Virus record (IMG/VR): IMGVR_UViG_3300035491_000281
Source of the DNA: a virus
Reading direction: 5' to 3' (one strand)
DNA length: 64,000 nucleotides
Shown here: positions 35,083 through 45,373 of the stretch, in pieces
Layout: each line of letters begins with the position of its first letter
Position numbering within the stretch: position 1 is the first letter of the stretch
Position numbers and translations under genes: made by a program
Notes under the pieces: generated by a model
Databases searched by the model: none
What the model was told of the DNA's origin: nothing
Seen by the model: only the letters and a program-made list of their open reading frames with translations

Positions 35083-37563
35083 TTATGCGATTTTAACGTG
35101 TTGGTTGTAGCTTTGTGGAACCGTGATATTGGACGGGTCAAGCACGCAGATCTCTGCCTGGTTAAACGCCCCGTGGGTGGCATCAAAGTGACTGATGTAA
35201 AAGAGCTGGTTGACCTGCCCCATTTCCAGTAACCGATTGATGAACGGAATCAAGTTCAGACGGTGCTGCTCGTCGAACGTGCTGCCGAACTCATCAAGGT
35301 ACAACGGATGGTCGTCCAGTCCCAGGAACTTACGGGCCAACAACTTAAACGCGAAGTTGACAATATCCCGCTGAGAGGCCGAACCCCGACTGATGTCCGG
35401 TGCCACCACCGCGCCGTCGTTGACCTTCAATGGGAACTTGTAATCCAGCTCCTCTTTCTCAACCTGCGAGGGAAGGACTTCCATCGGGTAGGTCCAGACT
35501 TCTCCAATCACCGCGTTGAGCAGTTTAACTACCACCTGCATGAACCCCATCAGGTAGCGCCCGATCAACCCACCGGTGGGCGCTAACGCTTTCACCAGCA
35601 GGCCCAAGTCCTGATGGGTCTGCAGGGCTTCGTCGTGCTGCTTTTGGATATCGCGCAGCAGCCCTTCTTGCAGTTCCGCCCGGGACAGGTTTTCCTGGGT
35701 CTGGGCAATGCGGTGATGGGTCTGTCGGGTCTCCTCGGCTACCGCGGTCTGAAACAGGAACTGACGCTGATGTTCGACCTTCTCCAGAAACGCCGACAGC
35801 TGTTCGTGCACCTGCACCAGTTGACGCTTGAAACCATCACCACGTTGCAACCAACGCTCCAAGGCTTCAATGCGTTGACTCAGGGTTCGAATCTCATCGG
35901 TGGTTTGGCTGATCTCAGTTTCCAGCTGCTTACGCCGTTGATCGGTCTGGGTCAGGGCGTCCCGGTCAATGGCTTCGACGTAACGCAGGCGGTGCTGTAG
36001 GATTTCCCGCTCTTGCCGGGTCAAGTCCAATTGCAACTTGAGCTCCATGCCGTTGCGCCACTGCGTCGCCGCGGTGATGAACTGCCGCGGGTTCCGCGAC
36101 ATGACGCGCTGCTCCAAGCAGTAGTCCCACACTGGCTGGAACACCGGGTTACCCTGCACCAACCCCCGGAACGCCCGGACGTAACTCAGATAGTCATGGA
36201 AATCCTCCAGGTACTGCTTGAGTTCGGCCAGTTTGGGTTCCATCGCCTCGTTTTGCTCGCCCAGACTGCGCAGCTCGCGTTCCAGCTTCACGACTTCGTT
36301 GGGATCGACGCCCGGTTTGAAGGTGTGTTCACATGCCGGACACTGTACTGTCTCACACCCTTTGAGGCGGGCAATTCGTCCAACCAACGCGTTAGCACGA
36401 GAGTCGTTAGCTTGCCGTTGGGCCTCCATGGTCTTCAGGCTTTCCTGTGCCAGCCCGGCGCGCTCGCTGTTAAACCGGCCGTCTTCGTTCAGGGGAGTGC
36501 TTTGCAGCAGGTTCGCCCATTCTTCAAAGGTGCGAGTTAACAACTCCAGAGGCTGTCGATCGAGCGGTAATGTCACCAGGGGAAACGCCCCGGTGTAGTC
36601 GCCGACCTGTTTATCGTAGACGTACTCCTGTTGGACCAGTGTTTCGACCTGCAGGCGTAGTTCGGCAATCTGCTCATCGGTCAGTTCGGCATCGCGAGCG
36701 GGCGTCTGCTGTAGCAGCCGTTGGTGCTCATCATTCATCCGCTCCAGCAGGGTACGCTTCCCGTGCAATTGCTCACGCAACTCCACCAGCCCGTTATCTC
36801 GGTGAACCGCGGGGTCGGTCGGAATCTCCAGATGCTGTAGCAATAGCCGTCGAGCCCGTCCGGTCAATTCGCGCAACTGAGCTTCAAAGTCCTGGTTATC
36901 GCGGAACGCCGATTCCAAACCGGCTTGCCGCAGTTCGAACAACCGATCTAGTTTATCGGTTCCACGCTTGATCTCCGCGCGGTACTGGGCCAGCGTGCTG
37001 TCATCGGCTAGGTCGTGGTTTTCCTGCCCCATGCGCTTGGTCAAGTGTTTGATTACCCCGAGCTTATCCCGGTGATGGTCCTTGACCTTGTTGTAGACGT
37101 TAAAGGCGTATCCCAGCTCGACGGGCGATAACAGGGTCAGCCAATGACGACGCTCGGCGGTCGACATGTCGGTAAAAGTTTTCAGACCGATCATCAATTC
37201 GTGGATCTTACGAGTCAGTCCGAACTCTTGGCGCACTAACTCTTCCTGAATGGCGAAGGTTCCGCCTTGGTTGAGTTCCTCACCGTTACGGACAAAGGAG
37301 TGCGAACCACTACCGCCGTTGTAGACCGACTTAAGCTCGTACTCGAAGTTGCGGTGACTGACGTGGATGATTTTAGACCCGCCTTTCACAAACCCACTGT
37401 GGTGGGCCGGTAGCGGGGTCAGTTCTTCCAATACCGACGACTTCCCCGACCCGTTGGAGCCGATGATCAGCTGCATGCTACGGGTGGGGTGGTATTCGAA
37501 TCGCTGGATGTTGGACAGCATCAGGCGCTTGTACTTTTCCAGTATAAAGGTTGTAATTTGCAT
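35083..37563 (-). CDS. sbcC: SbcC/Rad50-like SMC ATPase, phiKZ gp165-like
   Basis: Walker A GSNGSGKS, coiled coils, CPAC zinc hook, GSASQ signature, LYLDE Walker B. Confidence 0.9.
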   Translation of the reverse strand: MQITTFILEKYKRLMLSNIQRFEYHPTRSMQLIIGSNGSGKSSVLEELTPLPAHHSGFVKGGSKIIHVSHRNFEYELKSVYNGGSGSHSFVRNGEELNQGGTFAIQEELVRQEFGLTRKIHELMIGLKTFTDMSTAERRHWLTLLSPVELGYAFNVYNKVKDHHRDKLGVIKHLTKRMGQENHDLADDSTLAQYRAEIKRGTDKLDRLFELRQAGLESAFRDNQDFEAQLRELTGRARRLLLQHLEIPTDPAVHRDNGLVELREQLHGKRTLLERMNDEHQRLLQQTPARDAELTDEQIAELRLQVETLVQQEYVYDKQVGDYTGAFPLVTLPLDRQPLELLTRTFEEWANLLQSTPLNEDGRFNSERAGLAQESLKTMEAQRQANDSRANALVGRIARLKGCETVQCPACEHTFKPGVDPNEVVKLERELRSLGEQNEAMEPKLAELKQYLEDFHDYLSYVRAFRGLVQGNPVFQPVWDYCLEQRVMSRNPRQFITAATQWRNGMELKLQLDLTRQEREILQHRLRYVEAIDRDALTQTDQRRKQLETEISQTTDEIRTLSQRIEALERWLQRGDGFKRQLVQVHEQLSAFLEKVEHQRQFLFQTAVAEETRQTHHRIAQTQENLSRAELQEGLLRDIQKQHDEALQTHQDLGLLVKALAPTGGLIGRYLMGFMQVVVKLLNAVIGEVWTYPMEVLPSQVEKEELDYKFPLKVNDGAVVAPDISRGSASQRDIVNFAFKLLARKFLGLDDHPLYLDEFGSTFDEQHRLNLIPFINRLLEMGQVNQLFYISHFDATHGAFNQAEICVLDPSNITVPQSYNQHVKIA

Positions 37564-37639
37564 GGCGCTTAGCGTTCCGTCCAGAATTGGCTCTAACTCT
37601 ATAGTAAGAAGACCCTCAGTGAATTCTCTGGAGCTTGAT

Positions 37640-38482
37640 ATGCAGGTATCTCAACTGGTCCCGTACAGCATCGGGATTGCTGCGGAAAACAAACCGCTGA
37701 ACACCCGGACCCTCAACGTTACGCCGATTGAGGTTCTGTCCGCATTGGATGGGGAGTTGAACTTCAACCCCACCAGTACCACCAGTGTGGGTACTGACAG
37801 TGCGGGTAACCGCTATGAAGTCAAAGCCACCGTAGACAACACCATCACCGCTGAGTGGTACCCAGGTAATTCTAACCGCGTCACACCCCCTGATATCCGT
37901 CGCGGGGAGCTGATTGACATTTTCCGGTTGGCAGACAGTGATCAGTACTACTGGCGCTGCATGGGCCTGCGTGATGACCTGCGCCGTTTGGAGACGGTGA
38001 TCTTTGCCTTCAATGGCTCTCCCAAAGAAGGAGGAAAGGGTATTGACTTCGATACCTGTTATTTCCTGGAGATCTCCACCCACAAGAAGCTGGTGACCTT
38101 TCAGACCTCGCAAGCCAATGGTGAGCCGTTTCGTTACACCTTCCAGATCAATGCGGACGAAGGTCGGACGGTGTTGACCGACGACGTGGGAAACTACTTC
38201 GAGCTCGACAGTGCCAAAACCAATTTACGGTTGGAGAATATCGACGGCACCCACCTGGAACTGAACCGTAAGGACATCAAAGGCTACGCCCCCAACAACA
38301 TCGATCTCAAGGCCGACAACAACATCAGCCTGACCGCGGGCAAGGACATCAATCTGCAAGCGGGTAACAACGCCATGATCAACGGGGGAAAGATGGCAGG
38401 CTTGGTGTCAGGTGGAACGTCCTTAATCCTAACGCCTGCTGGTGGTACATTGAAGGCGGCTGACTTCTCAGCAACCCAATAA
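37640..38482 (+). CDS. Baseplate central spike, phiKZ gp164-like
   Basis: Likely start MQVSQL at 37640; NRVTPPDIRRGE; C-terminal beta-helix repeats (NIDLKA/NISLTA/DINLQA); followed by a PAAR gene. Confidence 0.75.
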   Translation: MQVSQLVPYSIGIAAENKPLNTRTLNVTPIEVLSALDGELNFNPTSTTSVGTDSAGNRYEVKATVDNTITAEWYPGNSNRVTPPDIRRGELIDIFRLADSDQYYWRCMGLRDDLRRLETVIFAFNGSPKEGGKGIDFDTCYFLEISTHKKLVTFQTSQANGEPFRYTFQINADEGRTVLTDDVGNYFELDSAKTNLRLENIDGTHLELNRKDIKGYAPNNIDLKADNNISLTAGKDINLQAGNNAMINGGKMAGLVSGGTSLILTPAGGTLKAADFSATQ

Positions 38483-38494
38483 CCGGAGGTGGCT

Positions 38495-38758
38495 ATGCCT
38501 GGCATTGCGTTGGTAGGTAAAGATACGGCTGGGGGAACCCAATTAGGTGGTGGTCAAGGCTTCTTTAAAGTCGACGGCGCCCCTGTGGTGCTGGTGGGTG
38601 ATGCGATTGCCGGTCACGGTAAGTCACCACATAGCGCCCCAGTCATGGTGGCCGGGGCCGATTGGTTTCGGATCAACGGCAAACCGGTCTGTCGGGCCGG
38701 TGATCCGGCCAGCTGTGGTCATGCCAGTACTGGACAATCCTGGTTTCGGATCGGGTAA
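38495..38758 (+). CDS. PAAR spike-tip protein
   Basis: VDGAPVVLVGD..H..H, INGKPVCRAGD.ASCGH. Confidence 0.9.
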   Translation: MPGIALVGKDTAGGTQLGGGQGFFKVDGAPVVLVGDAIAGHGKSPHSAPVMVAGADWFRINGKPVCRAGDPASCGHASTGQSWFRIG

Positions 38759-38761
38759 ATA

Positions 38762-38838
38762 GCACGGGGTCCTGCGGGACTCCGTCTATGCCGTCGGGAC
38801 TTGACGAAATAGACCCCCTCCCGAAGGAGGGGGATCTA
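38762..38838. terminator. Two hairpins at a convergent junction
   Basis: ACGGGGTCC-TGC-GGGACTCCGT-CTATGCCGT and TAGACCCCCTCC-CGAA-GGAGGGGGATCTA. Confidence 0.6.
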
Positions 38839-38849
38839 AAGGCTACTGC

Positions 38850-40790
38850 TTACGCCGTGAGTAGTTTGGCATTACCGCCCTGAGCACCGCCGGTCGCAGC
38901 TTCCGCCGCTTCCTCGAAATGCTTGAGGTTGTACTCCAACACTGCCATGAAGGCGTTGGCGCTGCTGACCACGTAGCCGTTGAACTGACCGCCCGGCTGT
39001 ACCAGCAGGCGCGTCAGCGACTGCATGGCGTTAACCAGCGGATTTGTCCAGCGCGGAAGGGTTACCTGTTCACCGATGGAAGACGAAGCCTTAAAGATGT
39101 CGTCCAGGATGCCGTCGACTTCCGTGCGGATCTTCTCGTACTTGGTCTTGTTCTCCTTGCTCTTCTCCACTTGACCGAGCAGCGCGTCCAACTCCTTGAC
39201 CATCGCCTGCAATTCGACCTTGGTCGGCAGCTTATAGGTTTCGGCTTTCGGATTACTGCGAACGTTCAGCGGCACGAACTGAATGTTGAAGACACGGTGG
39301 AACATCGTGGCGATGGCAACTGCCTGATCTGCACCGGCATCACCGGTACCAAACCGCGCGGTGATCTGCTTGATGAATTGCACCAGGGCGAAGTTACCTG
39401 CGACCTTGTGGCTCGTGACCACTCCTTCATACTTCTGCAGGCTAGCCGGTAGTTCAGCGCGCTTGGCCGGCTGTGCACCCTTGATCGGCTTCATGTGCTT
39501 GCCGGGGATACTGGCGAAGTCGAGCAGGGCCGCGCCGCGGGCGAGTGCCGCTTCTTCACTAAAGGCAAAAAGACCCACCTTCACACTCTGGTAGTGTGCT
39601 GCGGCGGCACGAATCAGGGATTCAGCTTGGGTCGGATATTGGCTGTAGATGTAATCAGCAATCGCTTGGATATCGCGAACCCCTTGAGCGTCGTTACCCA
39701 CGAAGTCGATACCCACCGACAGGCGCGCCGTGCCATTGACAGTGACCTGCTTGTTGACACGCTGTACGCTCAGCGCTTTAACACGCTCCGCGATCTTCTC
39801 CAGGCGCTTCTGCGCACGTGCTGCGCCACCGGTCATCTCGACCCAGAGGTCGTAGAGGATGCGGAACAGCTTGTCGATCGCCGCCTTGGTCGCCTTAAGC
39901 ACCACGCCCATCTTCTCACGCAGGGATTCCAGCGAGATAGTGGTAGCGGTCTGACGCGAGCAGGTTTCACCGAACGACTCCAGCGACGGAATGACTTCCA
40001 CGCCACCGAAGGACTCATCGATGCTTTCCAGGCCGATACGGATGGCTTCGGCGGTAATACCACTGATACCCTGCTCATCCTGAAGCGCGCGGCTGAGCAG
40101 CGCGTCATAGGCTTCCAGTGCGGCCGACATGTCGGTGAAGTTGTCGATGTCGTTCGCCACGGCTTGAGCTTCGGCCTGCAGTACTTCAGCCGGCTCAGGA
40201 GTAACTTCGAGTTCCACCGGTTCCAGGTCGTCTTCAGCCGAGACTTCCAGCTCGACGTCGGTTTCAACCACAACACCGGCAGCAGGGACGTCGACCACTT
40301 CGCCCTCGGTCGGGGTGACGCCTTCCGGCTGCACTTCGCCTTCTACCGGCGCAGGTACCACTGCGGGCTGATCGCCGGTTTCGACGCTGACTTCGATTTC
40401 CTTCGGTTTGACTTGGTCGTCGGCGTTGTCAGCAATCTCGGGCACGCCGCCGGTTTCACCTTCGGCTGCTTCGACTTTGGCTTTGGTGACTTCTTCGGTC
40501 ACGGCGCTCACGGCGCCTTCAACCTTCGACTCACCTTCACCGGCTTCGTTGCTTTCAGCAGAGACATGCACGGTCTGGTGACCTTGGTCGATGTCCTTGC
40601 CTGCGGGCGCGCCTTCGGACGCTGCCGGGATTCCGGCAGCGGCGGGTTTGGCGGTATCCACGTCAGCGGTAGCTTCGGCGCTGGCGGCGCTGAAGTCTTC
40701 CTTGGGGGTTTCACCTTCCTGAACGATCACCGGGGCGTCGTTGGATTCGGTGCTGACTTGTTCCAGCCATTGTTTGACGTTCTGAGACAT
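38850..40790 (-). CDS. Abundant internal head protein, gp162/163-like, with a long acidic propeptide
   Basis: RBS AAGGAG; acidic N-terminal region with VSTE/VSAE/VSVE; PSLESF....T.ISLE motif. Confidence 0.75.
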   Translation of the reverse strand: MSQNVKQWLEQVSTESNDAPVIVQEGETPKEDFSAASAEATADVDTAKPAAAGIPAASEGAPAGKDIDQGHQTVHVSAESNEAGEGESKVEGAVSAVTEEVTKAKVEAAEGETGGVPEIADNADDQVKPKEIEVSVETGDQPAVVPAPVEGEVQPEGVTPTEGEVVDVPAAGVVVETDVELEVSAEDDLEPVELEVTPEPAEVLQAEAQAVANDIDNFTDMSAALEAYDALLSRALQDEQGISGITAEAIRIGLESIDESFGGVEVIPSLESFGETCSRQTATTISLESLREKMGVVLKATKAAIDKLFRILYDLWVEMTGGAARAQKRLEKIAERVKALSVQRVNKQVTVNGTARLSVGIDFVGNDAQGVRDIQAIADYIYSQYPTQAESLIRAAAAHYQSVKVGLFAFSEEAALARGAALLDFASIPGKHMKPIKGAQPAKRAELPASLQKYEGVVTSHKVAGNFALVQFIKQITARFGTGDAGADQAVAIATMFHRVFNIQFVPLNVRSNPKAETYKLPTKVELQAMVKELDALLGQVEKSKENKTKYEKIRTEVDGILDDIFKASSSIGEQVTLPRWTNPLVNAMQSLTRLLVQPGGQFNGYVVSSANAFMAVLEYNLKHFEEAAEAATGGAQGGNAKLLTA

Positions 40791-40869
40791 AGGGTTCTCC
40801 TTAGGAGGTTAAATCAGGCGTGATTGCCAAGAAGCCCGGCCGGGGGCTGTGTCTCATAAATGAGGAGGG

Positions 40870-41487
40870 TCAAGTGGGAATTAAACCATGGTCCTTAACG
40901 ATCTTTTCCAGAATCGCCAGGCGTTGACTCAGTTCTTGATTGACCCGTGTGAGTTCCAAAACCCGCGCCCGATCGGTAGTGCGATTAGCGACCGCTGCCA
41001 TGCGTGCCGCTTCCAGGGCGTCGTGTTGCTCTGGGCTAACCACACCCGTGGATGGAGCGAGGCTCAGGTGCACGGTGGGTGTCATCCCGATCACGTCGGA
41101 GATGACACTGGCGACTTGATCTTGGGCAAAAGACAGGTCTATATAATCGGGTAATGGACCGAGTGAAGCAGACAACACCACATGCTGGTAGTTGCGGTGA
41201 CTCTGGTCGGGGAAGCTGGCCAGATAACTACTGGGGACGTACAGCGGGGCGGTGGTTTCAGATACCAGCGTCAGCAGTACTTCATCATTTCGCCGGTCCT
41301 GTTCATAGACCGTGCGATCGAGACCATAGGGCTCGTAGTAGGTGACAAAGACGTCAGTGCCCAGGTTTTCCAGGTCGATGAACTTACGGATCGCCGCACA
41401 GGTGTACAACACCCCCGGAGCTACGCTCCAGGGGGCTTTTAGTGTGTACAACCCGCGGGTACCGATAGGCGGTATTAAGCGGGACAT
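40870..41487 (-). CDS. Conserved jumbo-phage hypothetical protein
   Basis: 205 aa; PPIG..G.Y.L..P, YVPSSY, SLGPLP. Confidence 0.6.
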   Translation of the reverse strand: MSRLIPPIGTRGLYTLKAPWSVAPGVLYTCAAIRKFIDLENLGTDVFVTYYEPYGLDRTVYEQDRRNDEVLLTLVSETTAPLYVPSSYLASFPDQSHRNYQHVVLSASLGPLPDYIDLSFAQDQVASVISDVIGMTPTVHLSLAPSTGVVSPEQHDALEAARMAAVANRTTDRARVLELTRVNQELSQRLAILEKIVKDHGLIPT

Positions 41488-41496
41488 GGCTTATCC

Positions 41497-42861
41497 TTAA
41501 ATGGGTTGGTCAACGCCCGGTCCAGTATCGCCCGGTAGCGGTAGTTCAGAGGTGGTAAACTCAGCCACCGACTTGCGTGTCACGACCAGGTAGGTCACGT
41601 TGTCGTAGACCGTGGTGATATAGAGCACGCCGTCGCGCTTGAGTTTTGCCAGCCCCGCTGGGACGCTAGAGGTATCGGTGAAGTTCTCCGCTACCTTGAT
41701 CAGCTGTGCAAGCTTGGTGACGAACTCTTGCGTGTACACCGACATGCGGTCGAAATCGGCCGAGTCGTTGCTGACCATCATGTAGTCGGGGTATTTCTCA
41801 GAGAAGCGCACAATCCCATCCCGGTTCTCCGGGTTGGCCACCACGCCAAAGGCCAGCGACTTGTACAGCAGGTTGGACAGTTCGTAGTTATTGTCCACCC
41901 AGAGGTCGTTGTATTTCGGTCCACGGGCCGTGCGACGCAACAGCGCCTGCACTTTACGTGGGTCGACGGTCGGGCTGTACATACCCGCCTGCAACTCGCC
42001 GTTGGGGACCGAGTACTGGTGCCAGAACGGGGTGACGATGTATTCGGTGGTGGTGAACAAGTCCGGTAGGATCGTCATCCACTCTTCGCGGGTGTGCGTG
42101 GAGTCGGCCAAGACATGCTCAACGATCACGTTCTTCAACAGATCGGGGTTGTTCGCGGTTTCACCGTAGAGCAGCACGATCCAGTAGGTCGGCACAGTCC
42201 AGCTAGGATCACGCGGGTCTTGGTAATCGTAACGCAGTGCCAGCACCTGGGTGTAGGGGTATTCCCCACGGCGCTGTTGCGCCTCTACCAGTTTGTTGGT
42301 GATGTTGTACTCATCCAAACGAATCTTGACCTGCAGGGGGTCTTTGAAGAAATCATCCAGCGGAATGAACGGTGGGATCACCTCAACGAAATACTCGTCG
42401 TACTGGCGCCGGAAGCTTTCATCCGACAGCCAGATGGTTACCTCGTTGTCTTCGCCGAGGTAGGAATACCGGTAGCGAATCCACTCCGGCAGCCAGATGT
42501 TGCCGTTGGTACGCATCTCGCCGGTTACAAAGCCGGACAGCTCCTCACTGAATTCAGCCAGCACCATCTGGCGCAAAGCGGCGGCGTCGTCGGTAACGGT
42601 ACCCTGCAGGGCGCGATCGAGGAGGTACTGTCCCAGCTTGAGCGCCGCCACGGCGAGTTCGGCCGGGACATCGACGTAGGCTTCGTCCCTTACGCTATGA
42701 AAAGAAATAAGGGTGGTCTGCGGGGCGATGTCGTTGTTGTGGTACGTCTTGTCTTTGGCAAACGTGGCGCTATGCGAGGACAGCTCGCCGAGCAGGGCTA
42801 CCTGGTCACGGTTATTGTTAACCAAGGGTGAATAGTTGAAAAACCCTTTTAGTCTGTACAT
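41497..42861 (-). CDS. Virion structural protein, gp157-like
   Basis: 454 aa; LKGF..GELS..S.T, IWLSD..F..QYDEY, W..ILPDLF..TE...P.W. Confidence 0.65.
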   Translation of the reverse strand: MYRLKGFFNYSPLVNNNRDQVALLGELSSHSATFAKDKTYHNNDIAPQTTLISFHSVRDEAYVDVPAELAVAALKLGQYLLDRALQGTVTDDAAALRQMVLAEFSEELSGFVTGEMRTNGNIWLPEWIRYRYSYLGEDNEVTIWLSDESFRRQYDEYFVEVIPPFIPLDDFFKDPLQVKIRLDEYNITNKLVEAQQRRGEYPYTQVLALRYDYQDPRDPSWTVPTYWIVLLYGETANNPDLLKNVIVEHVLADSTHTREEWMTILPDLFTTTEYIVTPFWHQYSVPNGELQAGMYSPTVDPRKVQALLRRTARGPKYNDLWVDNNYELSNLLYKSLAFGVVANPENRDGIVRFSEKYPDYMMVSNDSADFDRMSVYTQEFVTKLAQLIKVAENFTDTSSVPAGLAKLKRDGVLYITTVYDNVTYLVVTRKSVAEFTTSELPLPGDTGPGVDQPI

Positions 42862-43085
42862 ACGGGGCAGTTCCTCGTGGTGAATGCGTTGGTGCTGTTA
42901 CCTATAAAATCAAGGCCATAGTTGTTGACTAGACCGCGACACCCGAGTAGACTTACTCGGTTGGGTCTCAAGAGGAGACATTTTTAAACAAGACGCTAGG
43001 AAATACCTACCAGTTGTGTGACTGACCGATGTGAACGGTGTGGGTAGGCATTGTCTCAAAAGCGGTAATATAAACAGAGGCAATA

Positions 43086-43433
43086 ATGATCAAACTTATC
43101 ACAAAGGCATTGATCATCGGCTGGCCTTTCCTACGAAGCATCATCTTCAAGGATCGGACGGTAAAGGAGGTACTCCTCGCCAACAGGCAGTTCACCTGTC
43201 TGTTTGGTCTTTTGGTGGTGGTGGTGTTCACGCTGTACCTGACGGTGGCGACTTTGGCTGAGACCAAAGCGTTGCTGCTGCTATCACAAGCTGAGGCGGC
43301 TCGGCTGAAAACGCAGCTGGAAAGCAGTCAGGCTGACACCCGCCCGCAGGCCGATCACGAGGTTCTGTTAACCGCGACTAACTGTGTGCCGGTGGCTTAC
43401 GACAAGTCCCGGTTACTGCAGATACTCGAATAG
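43086..43433 (+). CDS. Membrane protein, TM plus coiled coil (second i-spanin candidate)
   Basis: FTCLFGLLVVVVFTLYLTV; RBS GAGG. Confidence 0.55.
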   Translation: MIKLITKALIIGWPFLRSIIFKDRTVKEVLLANRQFTCLFGLLVVVVFTLYLTVATLAETKALLLLSQAEAARLKTQLESSQADTRPQADHEVLLTATNCVPVAYDKSRLLQILE

Positions 43434-43454
43434 GAAACCGATCGGGGGGGAGAG

Positions 43455-43829
43455 ATGAGATTCTGCCAACTCTTAATCAGCTTCATTTTGTTTTTGCCGA
43501 GTGGCTGTGCGGTGACCGTCAACCGTCATGCGCCGGTGATTTTTAACTACAACGAACAACGACTGGAGCTCGAATTGGAGCAGCCCGCGACCAGCGCGGT
43601 TCAGGTGGTACCCAAACCGCCTAAACCCGATCAGGCGTGCCGTTTCCTACTGCCCGAGGCTCGCGCCTTACCCGAGATGCAAAACCTCAAGGACGAGGCT
43701 GTGGTGACGTCAGAGGATGCGGCAATGGTGCTGGCGCTACATGTGCGGGATCTGCGCGGGTATATTGATGACGAACGTCGGCGAGTGGAGCAGGCCTATC
43801 GGGCTTACTTAAAACGTTGCGGACTCTAA
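43455..43829 (+). CDS. Lipoprotein (second o-spanin candidate)
   Basis: MRFCQLLISFILFLPSG-C lipobox-like signal; Pro-rich segment; C-terminal Y..Y..RC. Confidence 0.6.
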   Translation: MRFCQLLISFILFLPSGCAVTVNRHAPVIFNYNEQRLELELEQPATSAVQVVPKPPKPDQACRFLLPEARALPEMQNLKDEAVVTSEDAAMVLALHVRDLRGYIDDERRRVEQAYRAYLKRCGL

Positions 43830-43885
43830 AAATACCCATCCGGCTAATGCTCTAGTAGACATTGTTCATTAGAAGGAAAACCATT

Positions 43886-45364
43886 TTGACACAGGATAAC
43901 ATCAGTCAGACCGACGGTCTGGTTTTGTACACCGACGGTAGCTTCCGCCGTCGCGCCGGTGGCTGGGGTATCCATGGTTACACCTACAAGGCAACCCCAC
44001 TGACTCGCGGTATCGGCATCAAGCAGTTGCCTACGGCCGAAGGCTACAAGTTGGTGGAGTACCCGGATACAGTGACACCGTTGGAATACATCGATGCCTT
44101 TGGCACCGTGACCGAAAACCCCACCAACAACACCGCTGAACTACAGGCCGCGATCGAAGCTTTCAAGATCGGCGAAGAGTTGGGGGTTACCTCTATGCAC
44201 CTGCTACTCGACAGCGAGTACGTGCGCAAGGGTCTGACCCAACACGTCAAAGGCTGGATCAACCGCAACTGGTTGAAGGCTGACGGAGAGCCGGTAGCTA
44301 ACCAGGATTACTGGAAGACGCTGGTCGCCCTGGAGGAGCAATGGAAGGCCGCGGGTAAGAAATTGACCCTGGCCTGGATCAAAGGTCACAGCGACGATAC
44401 CGGTAACGACCTGGCGGATCTGAATGCACTCACGGGGTCCGGCGGTACGGTTACCCGTCACGTCTGTCGTAGTCCGGTGGATAAATACCACAACCCCACG
44501 ACCGACATCAACCCATTGGTGCTGAAGACCCGGTTGTTGTTTAACATGGGCTATCAGCGCGAGGTGGTAGAAAACAAGCATTACTACTACCTGTACCAGT
44601 TGGGCCGTATGGCAACGTACGGTCACAAGCAGCATGATACCACGAAGGACCGTCACGATAAGACCGACCTACTGCTGGGTCGTCGTATTGCTGACGCGAC
44701 GTTCTGTGTCATGCAGGTCAATGAACCGGATCGAGACCTAGAGGGTCTGATCGAGCTGCACACCAAGGCACATCAGAAAGACATCATTGAGCTGGCAGTG
44801 GCCCGGTTGGATAACGCTTTCCGACCTGGTATCTATCAGCGGATTCAACAGTTGGGGGCCCATGCCCTGATTTCGTGTAGCGACAACAATTCCTTGGTGA
44901 CGCCGCAGGATGATTTGATCACGAAAACCCTGAACCCTCCACGGTTGGCGCGGGAGGCGGTCGATCAGTTCAGCATCATGCAGACGCGACTGGACGCTCA
45001 TCTATCCGGGCAACTTGGGTCTGGGGTTACTGCGGTGGAAATCACCGATGCGTTGTACGCAGTGGAGGGCAGTGAGAAGAAAGCCAAGCTCAAGCTACTC
45101 AAAACCATCACCAACACGCTGGCAAGTTTGGACGTCCCAGTCGAAGTCAACGGCCATCCCGTGACTTTGAAGCTGTTGCTCGGTGTAGATATCCCACAGC
45201 GCAACACCCTGGCCAAACTGGCGGACCACAACCCCAAGGTCACGGTACTGGTAGTAGCGAACGGCCCGGCCGCCTACTCGTTCGCCACTGTTTTTGAAAC
45301 GGGCGTTGGTAATGCCATTTACCAGTCGCCTTATACTCAATTCGTACTACCGAAACGGTCATAG
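43886..45364 (+). CDS. RNase H domain protein, phiKZ gp155-like
   Basis: LYTDGS, TNNTAEL, LDSEY, WIKGH..GN..AD; likely TTG start at 43886 after AGAAGGA; long C-terminal extension. Confidence 0.88.
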   Translation: MTQDNISQTDGLVLYTDGSFRRRAGGWGIHGYTYKATPLTRGIGIKQLPTAEGYKLVEYPDTVTPLEYIDAFGTVTENPTNNTAELQAAIEAFKIGEELGVTSMHLLLDSEYVRKGLTQHVKGWINRNWLKADGEPVANQDYWKTLVALEEQWKAAGKKLTLAWIKGHSDDTGNDLADLNALTGSGGTVTRHVCRSPVDKYHNPTTDINPLVLKTRLLFNMGYQREVVENKHYYYLYQLGRMATYGHKQHDTTKDRHDKTDLLLGRRIADATFCVMQVNEPDRDLEGLIELHTKAHQKDIIELAVARLDNAFRPGIYQRIQQLGAHALISCSDNNSLVTPQDDLITKTLNPPRLAREAVDQFSIMQTRLDAHLSGQLGSGVTAVEITDALYAVEGSEKKAKLKLLKTITNTLASLDVPVEVNGHPVTLKLLLGVDIPQRNTLAKLADHNPKVTVLVVANGPAAYSFATVFETGVGNAIYQSPYTQFVLPKRS

Positions 45365-45373
45365 GCAACCATC

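Noticed and set aside
37367..37639. N-terminal extension of the spike ORF
   Set aside because: Overlaps the divergent sbcC start; ATG 37640 has an RBS.
39495..40823. 442-aa plus-strand ORF
   Set aside because: Antisense shadow of the head protein. The same applies to 27345..28427, 56393..57553, 57703..58746 and 59798..60796.
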